NCBI GenBank assembly: GCA_037969565.1
Contig: JBBKXQ010000015.1
Span: 40,088 to 104,087, forward strand
Origin: Acidimicrobiales bacterium
Lineage (GTDB): Bacteria; Actinomycetota; Acidimicrobiia; Acidimicrobiales; SZUA-35
Direction: 5' to 3'
DNA: 64,000 nt
In this document: positions 54,541-62,846 of the stretch, piece by piece
Layout of the letters: each line of letters begins with the position of its first letter
Position numbering within the stretch: position 1 is the first letter of the stretch
Program-made: the position numbers and the translations under genes
Notes under the pieces: model-generated
Database searches by the model: none
The model's input: the letters and a program-made list of their open reading frames with translations, nothing else
What the model was told of the DNA's origin: nothing

Positions 54541-55455
54541 TCATACTCTGATGCCTCCGGCTGGGGTCACCTCCCCACCACCTTGCATGGCAGCCCGAAA
54601 ACTCGGCGTCGCCTGCAATGCGATGATGTCTGCCGGCATCTCGACCCCTGCCTCGTCCAGTGCAAGTTTTGCGGCCTTGATCGCACGATCGAGCACAATC
54701 CGGGTGTCGTGCTTGCGTGGACCGGTCCAGAACCGTGCGTCGATGTCGACGGTTGAAACTCCGAGCTGAGCAACCAGAGCCTCAGGGGGCGGGGATTGGG
54801 CGATGCCTTCAATTCCCTCGAGAGCGTTGACCACGACCTCACAGGCAAGGGCGGCATCGTTCTCGTACGCGATCCCGACGGCGAAACTCAGACGACGGGC
54901 GTCGTAGTGAGTCAGCACAGTGATGACGCTCTTGTAGACGTCACGATTCGGGATGAGCACGAGTTGTCCGTCGAAAGTCTTCATCCGCGTCTCGCGAATC
55001 GTGATGGCTTCGACCGTTCCGTCCTGACCTTGGACCGAGATTTGGTCGCCAGTCTCGAACGGTTGACGGAACAACAGCAGTATTCCCGAGAGCGTGTTCT
55101 CCAGAATGTCCTGGAATGCGAAACCCACGGCCACCGAGAAGAACCCGAGCCCGGCCAGAAGATCAACTGGCTTGACCGACGGGAACGTGACCGCAGTCGC
55201 AACGAGCACCGAAACGAGAATCACCGTCCAGCCGGCAACCTTGCTCATCACCTGAGCAAATGACGGAGTCTTCGACTGCTTGAGCCACCGATGCAGCACC
55301 GTGCGGAGAACACGCGACAGGAGGTACCCGAGGAACACAATGACGAGTGCCACCCCGACCCGGGGCAACGCCTCGAGAAACGTCTCCCACAAGCCGCGAG
55401 CCGAGTCGGATACTTCGGCCGACGGATCGTCCAATTGCTCAGTGGTCAACCCCAT
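54541..55455 (-). CDS. MscS-family mechanosensitive channel
   Basis: The start ATG lies 1 nt after the PRC gene stop. TM3/beta-domain signature FQDILENTLSGILLLFRQPFETGDQISVQGQDGTVEAITIRETRMKTFDGQLVLIPN. Confidence 0.85.
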   Translation of the reverse strand: MGLTTEQLDDPSAEVSDSARGLWETFLEALPRVGVALVIVFLGYLLSRVLRTVLHRWLKQSKTPSFAQVMSKVAGWTVILVSVLVATAVTFPSVKPVDLLAGLGFFSVAVGFAFQDILENTLSGILLLFRQPFETGDQISVQGQDGTVEAITIRETRMKTFDGQLVLIPNRDVYKSVITVLTHYDARRLSFAVGIAYENDAALACEVVVNALEGIEGIAQSPPPEALVAQLGVSTVDIDARFWTGPRKHDTRIVLDRAIKAAKLALDEAGVEMPADIIALQATPSFRAAMQGGGEVTPAGGIRV

Positions 55456-55456
55456 G

Positions 55457-55906
55457 TCACGAAGCGTCAACAACGAACGCATACGAGCCGAGCGAACGGA
55501 AACGGTCCGAACTGATCCGGATGCCGTCGGCGAGCACACCGGTGAGTTCCCCCGAACTTGCGTCGAACATCACATCATCGACCACGCCGATCTCGAAGCC
55601 GTCGGTGTCGAGCACCTTCGCTCCGCGAGCCGAGATCTTTCCCTTGACCGCCATGGTGTCGTGCTCGGTGTCGACACGATGGGTCGATCCGGATGAGCTA
55701 CTCATCACGGCGTCGGCTCCAAACGACTCGACGGCGGACCATGGGATGACGTCCGCCCTTTTTCCTCGTCCGGCGACGTGAATCGCATCGATTCTTCGCC
55801 CATCGGTGCTGACGATGAAGCCCTTCACTTTGCCGACTTCTTCCGCGTTGTCGACCGCAATCACCTTGCGCCCGTCCGCGGTTTCAAAGGTCATCTCGTT
55901 GCTCAT
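55457..55906 (-). CDS. PRC-barrel domain protein (two PRC modules)
   Basis: VIAVDNAEEVGKVKGFIV...IDAIHV and KVLDTDGFEIGVVDDVMFD are PRC-barrel-like repeats. Confidence 0.7.
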   Translation of the reverse strand: MSNEMTFETADGRKVIAVDNAEEVGKVKGFIVSTDGRRIDAIHVAGRGKRADVIPWSAVESFGADAVMSSSSGSTHRVDTEHDTMAVKGKISARGAKVLDTDGFEIGVVDDVMFDASSGELTGVLADGIRISSDRFRSLGSYAFVVDAS

Positions 55907-56571
55907 CGATCGGCTCCAGTCTGGTACTCGTCTTGGTCGACGTCTGCGGCCAAGCCGGACGTCGGGTTCGTGTCGGAACGATCGGCGGTGCGACCGTCCG
56001 AACCGATGGTTCGGTTGCGGAACTCAGTGACCGCAGCGCCGAAACCAGCGAGGTCATCGCGGATGAACTCCGTGGACTCCGCCGGCAGGATCAGATTCTC
56101 GTTCGAGAGCGACATCTGTGCCGAGATCGGTACGAAGACGCTGCCTTCACCCCCGACGCGTGCGACCTCATACCCAACAGCGCTGGGCTGTTGGCCGGTG
56201 GTCAGGATGACACCGACCACTTCCCCGAGCTCATCGCCCCCGGTCGAGACCACCCGGTTGCCGATCACCTGCGCCGAGTCCTTCGGACGCTCGAGTACTT
56301 CGGCTGCGTCGGCGGCCTCGGAAACAGCAGCATCGGTCGACACCATCACGGCATCGTTTCCGATGGCTGCGACCTGGTCGGTCCCGAGTGTGTCTTTCAA
56401 GCGACCAGCGAGAAATCCTCGCTTGTTCAGTGTGAAGCCGACCAACGCATGCGAACCGGCGTCGTAGATCACATCGCGGATCTCGGCAATGTCTTCGCCG
56501 GTGGCGATCGATACGACCGGTAGACCGACGAGCGACGTTGCCCGCAGAACACTTTCTCGACCCGGTGTCAT
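55903..56571 (-). CDS. PRC-barrel domain protein (two PRC modules)
   Basis: LVGLPVVSIATGEDIAEIRDVIYD...VGFTL and VVSTGGDELGEVVGVILT. 4-nt overlaps on both sides. Confidence 0.7.
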   Translation of the reverse strand: MTPGRESVLRATSLVGLPVVSIATGEDIAEIRDVIYDAGSHALVGFTLNKRGFLAGRLKDTLGTDQVAAIGNDAVMVSTDAAVSEAADAAEVLERPKDSAQVIGNRVVSTGGDELGEVVGVILTTGQQPSAVGYEVARVGGEGSVFVPISAQMSLSNENLILPAESTEFIRDDLAGFGAAVTEFRNRTIGSDGRTADRSDTNPTSGLAADVDQDEYQTGADR

Positions 56572-56696
56572 CGTGCCGACTCCGAAGAACTCGCAAGCAC
56601 GGTTCCCTTCCTGCGCATTCTGCGCACGATCATGAGCACGAGCATCAGCAACACCAGCACGACCGCGACGATCGCAATCAAGGTGGTTTCATCCAT
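56568..56696 (-). CDS. 42-aa single-pass membrane micro-protein
   Basis: Below the ORF-track size cutoff as a standalone gene. RBS GGAG, then MDETTLIAIVAVVLVLLMLVLMIVRRMRRKG. ATGA-coupled to the PRC gene. Confidence 0.5.
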   Translation of the reverse strand: MDETTLIAIVAVVLVLLMLVLMIVRRMRRKGTVLASSSESAR

Positions 56697-56834
56697 AATC
56701 ACTCCTTGGACATCACTGCACCCTCGTGGTGCGTGAGCCCGGGCTCTACCCAGCAACCCTCCGTGGCAACCGCAATCGCATTTCGAATCGTCATTCGCGC
56801 CCCGGTTCGCAAACGGTGGCGGGGTCCTCACGCC

Positions 56835-57590
56835 TCAAATGGTTGCCCGGTAGAGCACTTCTCCAGTCGGTTCATCCGACCCGCCCTCGGGCTCGATCGT
56901 GATGCCCCATCCCTCGCCGTTTAGGTCGCCCACGGCAAATGCAACCTCGACATGACCATCGGTGGTCGTGAACACGCCAGCCGGAGACAACGCTTGCTCG
57001 CCGAGCGTGAACCACAACTGGTAAACGAGACCCGGACCAGGATCCGGAAGTCCCTGGCCCAGAACGGCGGCCTGGTTCGTAGCCTCCGACCAGACAACCC
57101 GAACCTGACCCTCGCCCCCGTGCAAGGTGGACACAATGTTGTCCGGACTCGCCAGGACATCATCGACGTCAGCAGCCATTGCTTGGGCCGGCACCTCTCG
57201 GCCGTGATCTCGAGTTGTCACCGCATACACCGTTCCGCCGAACAGGAGCAGCGCTGCCGCAACAAGCATCGGCCCAATCCAGCGTCCGAACCTTCGATTG
57301 GATCCAGCCGCGCCATCGGCAACCAACGGTGAGGCCTGCCGCGTGACCGAAACCCTCGCCAGCACGAGCGATCTCAACTCCGGAGGAGCTGGCACAGAGT
57401 CGCCTGCGGCAAGCACCGCAGCGGTGGCCAGGAACTCTGCAACCTCAGCCGAGCATGAGTAACAATCGGGATGGTGAGCCTCGAACGCCGACTGCTCGTC
57501 GCGGTCGAGGGAGTCGAGTGTGTAGGCGGCAGCCAAGTGGTGAAGGTCAGGCAACATCGCGCCGTCACGGTCATGTCGGGTGGTTCGCAT
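56835..57590 (-). CDS. RskA-like anti-sigma-K factor (zf-HC2-type N-terminal ASD, TM, extracytoplasmic RskA domain)
   Basis: ATG with a GAGGAG RBS. LAAAYTLDSLDRDEQSAFEAHHPDCYSCSAEV, TM MLVAAALLLFGGTVYAV, and C-terminal YQLWF...GWGITIEPEGGSDEPTG. Confidence 0.8.
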   Translation of the reverse strand: MRTTRHDRDGAMLPDLHHLAAAYTLDSLDRDEQSAFEAHHPDCYSCSAEVAEFLATAAVLAAGDSVPAPPELRSLVLARVSVTRQASPLVADGAAGSNRRFGRWIGPMLVAAALLLFGGTVYAVTTRDHGREVPAQAMAADVDDVLASPDNIVSTLHGGEGQVRVVWSEATNQAAVLGQGLPDPGPGLVYQLWFTLGEQALSPAGVFTTTDGHVEVAFAVGDLNGEGWGITIEPEGGSDEPTGEVLYRATI

Positions 57591-57818
57591 GTCTCCTCAC
57601 TTTCTTCGTCTCTACGGCTGGGCTCCATCGGCATCACTCGTGACATCGAACACTCAGACTTCGTAACGAAGGGGTGCCTTGGATTGGACCAATTCGGCGG
57701 GACTGCATCAGACGACACTGATTGCGTTCTCCAACCCCTCCAACGTTGCGGGTTTGAAGCCGGAATCGATGGGCATGCCTTCCGAGACGGACCAAAACGG
57801 GGTTACCCGGAAGGACAC

Positions 57819-57983
57819 ATGCGCAGAGGCGTCGGAACTCGCTCGGGACTGCTGGCCTTGGGACTGACGCTCGGGTTCTTCAGTGCGTGCACCGACGATG
57901 TCATCGCATCGCCGGTCACGAACCGGGACGTCGGGGCGGTCGAACTGCCAGTTCAGCCAACTGGTAGCCAATCAAGTCGGTGA
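57819..57983 (+). CDS. 54-aa putative lipoprotein
   Basis: RBS GGAAGGA. MRRGVGTRSGLLALGLTLGFFSAC has a lipobox. A perfect 20-bp hairpin follows immediately. Confidence 0.45.
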   Translation: MRRGVGTRSGLLALGLTLGFFSACTDDVIASPVTNRDVGAVELPVQPTGSQSSR

Positions 57984-57990
57984 CAACGAA

Positions 57991-58034
57991 ATCGCGCAGA
58001 GGGCCGAACGGAGACGTTCGGCCCTCTGCGCGAT
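57991..58034 (+). terminator. Perfect 20-bp stem-loop
   Basis: atcgcgcagagggccgaacg gaga cgttcggccctctgcgcgat. Confidence 0.7.
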
Positions 58035-58082
58035 GGCGTCTGGACTGGTTTGACGACGTTCAACTATGGGTAGTTCTCTAGA

Positions 58083-58232
58083 ATGAGCGAGCACCAAGAT
58101 CAACTTGTTCTGGAAATCCCCCGCCGACGAATGCGGCGCATTCCCAGCGACCAGCGTGAATTGGGTCTCAAGAAGATCCAGGAGATACGCGGATTGATCG
58201 AGAACGTCCACCACCGCTATCCACCGCTCTGA
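58083..58232 (+). CDS. 49-aa basic hypothetical small ORF (speculative)
   Basis: MSEHQDQLVLEIPRRRMRRIPSDQRELGLKKIQEIRGLIENVHHRYPPL. No clear RBS. TAGAAT overlaps the ATG. An 80-aa antisense ORF is equally unsupported. Confidence 0.2.
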   Translation: MSEHQDQLVLEIPRRRMRRIPSDQRELGLKKIQEIRGLIENVHHRYPPL

Positions 58233-58316
58233 GCCCGTTGCCTCGAAACGGTTGCTCGAGTCGGCTGCTCTCGAGTTGAATTTCGAGAACGTCGTCGACC
58301 CCGGCCTGCGTCGATC

Positions 58317-58886
58317 TCAGTCCGTTCCGACGTCCTCGGGATCGAAGACCAGGCTGCTCTGACTGGCGTCCTCAGCGAAGGAAACGAGCTCCTTCACCGC
58401 GTAGAACAGCATGAGGATGACCGAGATGAAGACACCGCCTGTAGTGGCGGCTCCGAGCAAGAGCGCGTAGTACAACCATTGGTACCAAGACAGATTCACA
58501 TCCGCCTCTCCGATCGGAAAGCTCAGGAAGAGCAAGAGGAGTACCGAGCCGACGATGACGGCTGTGGTGAGCCACGCAATTTCCCGTATTCGCTGATAGT
58601 GGCTCGGCCGAAATTCCACGTCGTGGGTGATGCTGAACGTGATCAAGGTGAGCATCAAGGCCAGAATCGTTGCGCCCCCCGCCACATACGCCGAGGCGGC
58701 AAACCGGATCGTCGGCAGCACGGCGTCGAGAAGACGCCTGGCCTCGAAAGCGGAGGCCGTTCCGACAATCGCCATTGTTCCGAACCCGATGACGCCCGCA
58801 GCCAAGCCGCCGAACGCCGCCCACCGCAAGTCCTCCCGACGATCGTCCTGGCCGCTTGGCTTTGGTCGGTGCGAGGTGGATGCCAT
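58317..58886 (-). CDS. Hypothetical polytopic membrane protein (4-5 TM)
   Basis: 189 aa. The ATG overlaps the PPK2 stop (TGATG). I recognise no family. Confidence 0.6.
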   Translation of the reverse strand: MASTSHRPKPSGQDDRREDLRWAAFGGLAAGVIGFGTMAIVGTASAFEARRLLDAVLPTIRFAASAYVAGGATILALMLTLITFSITHDVEFRPSHYQRIREIAWLTTAVIVGSVLLLLFLSFPIGEADVNLSWYQWLYYALLLGAATTGGVFISVILMLFYAVKELVSFAEDASQSSLVFDPEDVGTD

Positions 58887-59725
58887 CAGTTGGGGGCTGC
58901 GAGCTCAGCTCGGATCGTCTCGAGATCGAACTCGGGTTGGGGATAGGCCAATCCCATTGAATCGAGTGTGCCGAGCAGTAGCTGGGCGATGGCCCAGTTT
59001 CTGTACCACTTGTGATCAGAAGGGATGACGTACCAAGGACACAACTCGGTGGAGGTCGCCGCGATCACCGTCCCGTATGCAGCCTGGAATTCATCCCATT
59101 TGCGCCTTGTCTCCAGATCGCCGAGCGAGAATTTCCAGCGCTTGTCGTCTCGGCGGAGGCGGCGGAGAAAACGTTCGCGCTGCTCGTCGTAGGAGAGGTG
59201 CAACAAGCACTTGATGATCGTTGTGCCACCCTCAACGAGCTCTTTTTCGAACTCGTTGACTTCCTCGATCCTCTTGTCCACTTCGGACTCGTCCGACGTG
59301 TTCAACGCCAGCGGAACGATGAGGTCTTCATAGTGGGATCGATCGAAAACGCTCAGCTCGCCCGGCTCGGGGAGCTCTTGCCGATGGCGCCAGAGAAAGT
59401 GATGCTCTTCTTCCTCGTCCGTCGGCTCCTTGAATGACGCAATTCGCACACCGGCAGGATTCAGCGCAATCACGACGTGCTTGATTGTTCCGTTCTTCCC
59501 GCTGCAATCGAGTCCTTGCAACACAAGCAGGACCGACTGTTGCTTTGACGCAAACAGGACGTCATGCGCGTCGAAGAGCTTCTGTTGCATCTTGGCAAGC
59601 TGGGCGTTGGCTTCGCTCTTACCACCGATCAATTCGGTGGAAGCTGCGTCGTACCCGGAGAGTGTGGCCATCCCATCGACCGGACGTACCCGGAGAGTGT
59701 CGCGTAACTGGGCGAGTTCGATCAC
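58886..59725 (-). CDS. ppk2: Polyphosphate kinase 2 (PPK2) family polyP:nucleotide phosphotransferase
   Basis: Walker-A-like LVLQGLDCSGKNGTIKHV. Also FDRSHYED and WYVIPSDHKWYRNWA. Confidence 0.85.
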   Translation of the reverse strand: MIELAQLRDTLRVRPVDGMATLSGYDAASTELIGGKSEANAQLAKMQQKLFDAHDVLFASKQQSVLLVLQGLDCSGKNGTIKHVVIALNPAGVRIASFKEPTDEEEEHHFLWRHRQELPEPGELSVFDRSHYEDLIVPLALNTSDESEVDKRIEEVNEFEKELVEGGTTIIKCLLHLSYDEQRERFLRRLRRDDKRWKFSLGDLETRRKWDEFQAAYGTVIAATSTELCPWYVIPSDHKWYRNWAIAQLLLGTLDSMGLAYPQPEFDLETIRAELAAPN

Positions 59726-60594
59726 GAGGAACCTTCTTGATGGATAGAAATGGCGTCGGGGATGATTTCGAAGTCGAGCCGATCCGATGGTTCACGGGCC
59801 TCACCATCGAGTTCATAGTCCTGAGGTCGGTCGTGGATCACTGTGATGGTCCGGCCTTGCGCTCGCCGGGCGAGATCGAGCCGGGGCGGTTTGCGTCGGA
59901 GCAGACTGCCGGCCAGCGAGATCCACTCTCGCCACGTCGATGCGGAGACAATGGCGACATCCAGAGATCCGTCGTGCGGGCTCGCGGCCGGGAAGACCTC
60001 GAGGCCTCCCGTGATGGTTCCGAAGTTACCGACGAGAACCATCGTGGACTTGCCGTCGAACACCGGGGCGCCATCGACGACCACCTTCGTGGCGACAGCG
60101 CTTTCTCGAAGGTGTTTGAGGCCAGAGAACACATAGGCAATCGATCCGAACCTCGACTTCACCGCATCGTCTGCGTCGCGAATCATGAGCGCATCGAATC
60201 CACTGCCTGCCATCACGGCAAAAACCTCCCCGTTGACCTTGCCGAGGTCGATCCGTCGCGGTTCTCCAGCACCGAGACCGGCGGCGCTGTCCAGGCCGGA
60301 CTCGATCCCAAGATTGCTCGCCAACAGGTTTCCTGTCCCGAGCGGCACAATTCCCAGCGATGTGGACGAGGCAATCAGCGGCTCAAGGCAAGCTCGGACG
60401 GTTCCGTCGCCACCACACGCGATCAACAAGTCGGCCTTCTGTTCGACCGCGAGTCGAGCTTGACCCGGACCGGGGTCGTCCTCGGTGGTCGGGATGAGTT
60501 CGGTCTCGGATCCCAGGGCCTCCTTCAACGCCGATTCGTCGGGCGCGCTGCCGCTCGCCGGATTCCATATCGCCACACGGCGGATATTCATCAC
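59722..60594 (-). CDS. Diacylglycerol/lipid kinase (DAGK_cat, YegS/BmrU-like)
   Basis: LLIACGGDGTVRAC and PLGTGNLLA. Confidence 0.8.
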   Translation of the reverse strand: MMNIRRVAIWNPASGSAPDESALKEALGSETELIPTTEDDPGPGQARLAVEQKADLLIACGGDGTVRACLEPLIASSTSLGIVPLGTGNLLASNLGIESGLDSAAGLGAGEPRRIDLGKVNGEVFAVMAGSGFDALMIRDADDAVKSRFGSIAYVFSGLKHLRESAVATKVVVDGAPVFDGKSTMVLVGNFGTITGGLEVFPAASPHDGSLDVAIVSASTWREWISLAGSLLRRKPPRLDLARRAQGRTITVIHDRPQDYELDGEAREPSDRLDFEIIPDAISIHQEGSS

Positions 60595-61361
60595 GTGAGG
60601 TCCTCCAACTCCGGGTGCGGGCCCATGATCCGCAGCACGACCAGCAATGAGACGATTCCGAGAATCACACCGACCACGACATCACTGAGGTAGTGCATGC
60701 CCTGGTACATGCGGGCCATACCGACACTCACCGGAATGATGACGCTCAGCACCACCGCCGTCATCCTGGCCCAGACGTTTCGCGTGTGCCAAAAGACGAT
60801 CAACATGAAGGCGGCGTACACGGTCGCGGCCGCAGTGTGGCCCGAAGGGAAGCCCGTGGACACCGGTGACTCGAGCAAACGGGCGACGTCAGGGCGAGGC
60901 CGCTGAACAATGAAGGTGATGATCACGAAGCCGGTGGCCTCGAAGATCAGCGTCATGCCGACAAAGGCGGCTTCGTACCACCGTTTCCAACGGTGAAGCA
61001 TCCACGCCGCAACCAGAAGCGACGCAATGATTTTCACCGGAGTGTTTGCGAGAAAGGCTCCCCACTGAGCCAACGAGTTCCGAGAGTCGGTGCGGTTCGA
61101 GGCCAGTTGCTCAGCGAGTTCGACGTCGAGGTCGGTTATTGCGTTGGGTGCCAGCCAATCGCTCAGGAGATACCCGACCAGCGCACCCACGAGGCAGACG
61201 GCAGCCAGAGCGAGCGCCAAACGGATCCAATGCGATCGGGCGAACGGCCAAGTCGATCTGAGCCAACCGGGCAGTCGTTTGGAATCCTGGGCCTTTGAAG
61301 GCTGGTCCGTGGCGGATTCGTTTTCCGGAGTTGCGAGACCAACTCCGTTGATCTCAGTCAT
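60591..61361 (-). CDS. PAP2-family membrane phosphatase
   Basis: Motifs RPRP, FPSGHTAAA and ARMYQGMHYLSDVVVG. The internal ATG overlaps the upstream stop. Confidence 0.8.
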   Translation of the reverse strand: MTEINGVGLATPENESATDQPSKAQDSKRLPGWLRSTWPFARSHWIRLALALAAVCLVGALVGYLLSDWLAPNAITDLDVELAEQLASNRTDSRNSLAQWGAFLANTPVKIIASLLVAAWMLHRWKRWYEAAFVGMTLIFEATGFVIITFIVQRPRPDVARLLESPVSTGFPSGHTAAATVYAAFMLIVFWHTRNVWARMTAVVLSVIIPVSVGMARMYQGMHYLSDVVVGVILGIVSLLVVLRIMGPHPELEDLT

Positions 61362-62226
61362 TTGTGGGTCCTGCGAGAATCCGATGCCGAGCCGAAAGGG
61401 CGGCGAACAGGCCATAGCAAATGAACCCAAGGCCCACCAGACCGGCGAGCAACGCTCCGCCGGGTTTGTCGGTCAGCTGGCGGACTGAGTCGTCGAGTCC
61501 GGCAGCCTCCTCGGCGTTGAATTGCCAAGCCGCACGAGCGAGGAAGATTCCGATCAGGCCCATGGACATTCCACGGGCGATCCAGCCGATTCGGCCGAGC
61601 TCGTCAATGGCCGTGCCCTCGATTCCGGCGGGGTCGACCATCTGATCACGGAAGGATCTCGTCCATCCCTTGTGAGCGAACGCAATACCGATTCCGACGA
61701 TCACCAAGCCCAGAATGATGACGATGACACGACCTGCAGACATTGCGAGCATGTCCTTGACGAATCCTTCCACGCGGCGATCCTCATTACTGTCCGAGTT
61801 CGATCCTCCGGGCGAGCGGAGTATCCCGACAACGCTGATGAGCAACGTGGAGTAGACGACAACGCTGACCGCGTATCCGATGCGCTCGAGAAGCGCCATA
61901 CCCGTCCAGTCTCCGGGCAATACCACCGTGAGCATTCTCCAGATGATGTAGAGGGCCAGACCACCGGCCATCATTGTGAGAAGAATGAAGCCAACCGGCG
62001 AATCGGCAACGGCCTCGACCGCGCCCGATTGGTTGGCCTCTTTGGAGCTGCCCCCTCCGAGTGCGATCTGCACGAAAAGGACGCCGACGAGTCCGTAAAC
62101 GATTCCTTTGGCGATCCACCCGGCCCTGCCGACCCACTCGACCTTGTCGGCCGCCTCTTCTGCGGCATCCCCTGCTTGATCCGTGATTGCGTCGGCCCTC
62201 GTCATGCCGGATGCACTACCCGACAA
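61354..62226 (-). CDS. DUF1206 domain membrane protein
   Basis: Three repeats of a TM-hairpin module: RAGWIAKGIVYGLVGVLFVQIA, RIGYAVSVVVYSTLLISV and RIGWIARGMSMGLIGIFLARAA. Confidence 0.7.
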   Translation of the reverse strand: MSGSASGMTRADAITDQAGDAAEEAADKVEWVGRAGWIAKGIVYGLVGVLFVQIALGGGSSKEANQSGAVEAVADSPVGFILLTMMAGGLALYIIWRMLTVVLPGDWTGMALLERIGYAVSVVVYSTLLISVVGILRSPGGSNSDSNEDRRVEGFVKDMLAMSAGRVIVIILGLVIVGIGIAFAHKGWTRSFRDQMVDPAGIEGTAIDELGRIGWIARGMSMGLIGIFLARAAWQFNAEEAAGLDDSVRQLTDKPGGALLAGLVGLGFICYGLFAALSARHRILAGPTND

Positions 62227-62269
62227 CCGTGCAATCGAAACTTTGCCCCTCAGCGCAGGGGCTTCGGCG

Positions 62270-62641
62270 CTAGGGCTTGCGGCGTTGCATGCTCAGCAGT
62301 CGAACGGCATCGGCCTGAGGGCCACTCAAGTCGGGACCGAACGGCATCACGAGCACCCCCCGGACTCCCAATGGGGCAGAAACCGCGAGCATCATCGCCT
62401 CATCATCGGGGTTGCTCACACCCTCGAATCGGATGAGTTCATCGACGACAAGATCCTCCGGATCCCATTGCTGCTCGCCCGACTCGATCTTGCCGCTCCC
62501 GTTGATGCTCATGTTCTCGACATAACCACCGTCGGCCAGCCGCTCGACGGCCTCGGTCTGAGTCTCCATGAAGTCCATGGAAACGGGTCTACCCCGATAC
62601 CGATCGTGGAAACCCCGATCAGCCTCGTGACCAGCCGTCAC
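62270..62641 (-). CDS. Hypothetical conserved-looking small protein
   Basis: DPEDLVVDELIRFEGVSNPDDEAMMLAVSAPLGVRGVLVMPFG. The start is ambiguous (GTG 62641 or ATG 62578). Confidence 0.5.
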   Translation of the reverse strand: MTAGHEADRGFHDRYRGRPVSMDFMETQTEAVERLADGGYVENMSINGSGKIESGEQQWDPEDLVVDELIRFEGVSNPDDEAMMLAVSAPLGVRGVLVMPFGPDLSGPQADAVRLLSMQRRKP

Positions 62642-62846
62642 GCGTCACGCATGGAACTCCGGACGGGCCGGCTCGATCAGTAAAGGGAAGTACCGAGAGC
62701 CAGCCCGTCCGTCGAAGTTGCCATCTCGCGTCACGAATCTCGATGTGCGCAGTCCTACCCAAGGGCAGGAGGGAGAAACAAAGAAAGCAGGAACAGCGTG
62801 GCGGCGAAGAAGCGATTCCGACACCAGGACAAGGACGGAGCAAACT

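Noticed and set aside
57591-57720. ECF sigma (sigK-like) gene or remnant immediately upstream of the RskA-like gene.
   Set aside because: All three minus-strand frames were translated by hand. They give short stop-interrupted peptides with no region-2 or region-4 sigma motifs. This is reported as a finding (absence) rather than a feature.
57972-58214. 80-aa minus-strand ORF in the low-GC islet.
   Set aside because: It runs straight through the perfect 20-bp hairpin and has no RBS or recognisable motif. It is no better supported than the 49-aa plus-strand ORF, which I list only at low confidence.
62642-62846. Purine-rich tract (caagggcaggagggagaaacaaagaaagcaggaacagc) and an interrupted inverted repeat (ggacgggccggctc...gagccagcccgtcc) between PhoD and the 123-aa gene, as a possible ncRNA or riboswitch.
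   Set aside because: The stem has a 20-nt loop and bulges, I recognise no known riboswitch core, and it is adequately explained as the PhoD terminator plus the downstream promoter. It is worth including in an Rfam scan but is not callable by eye.
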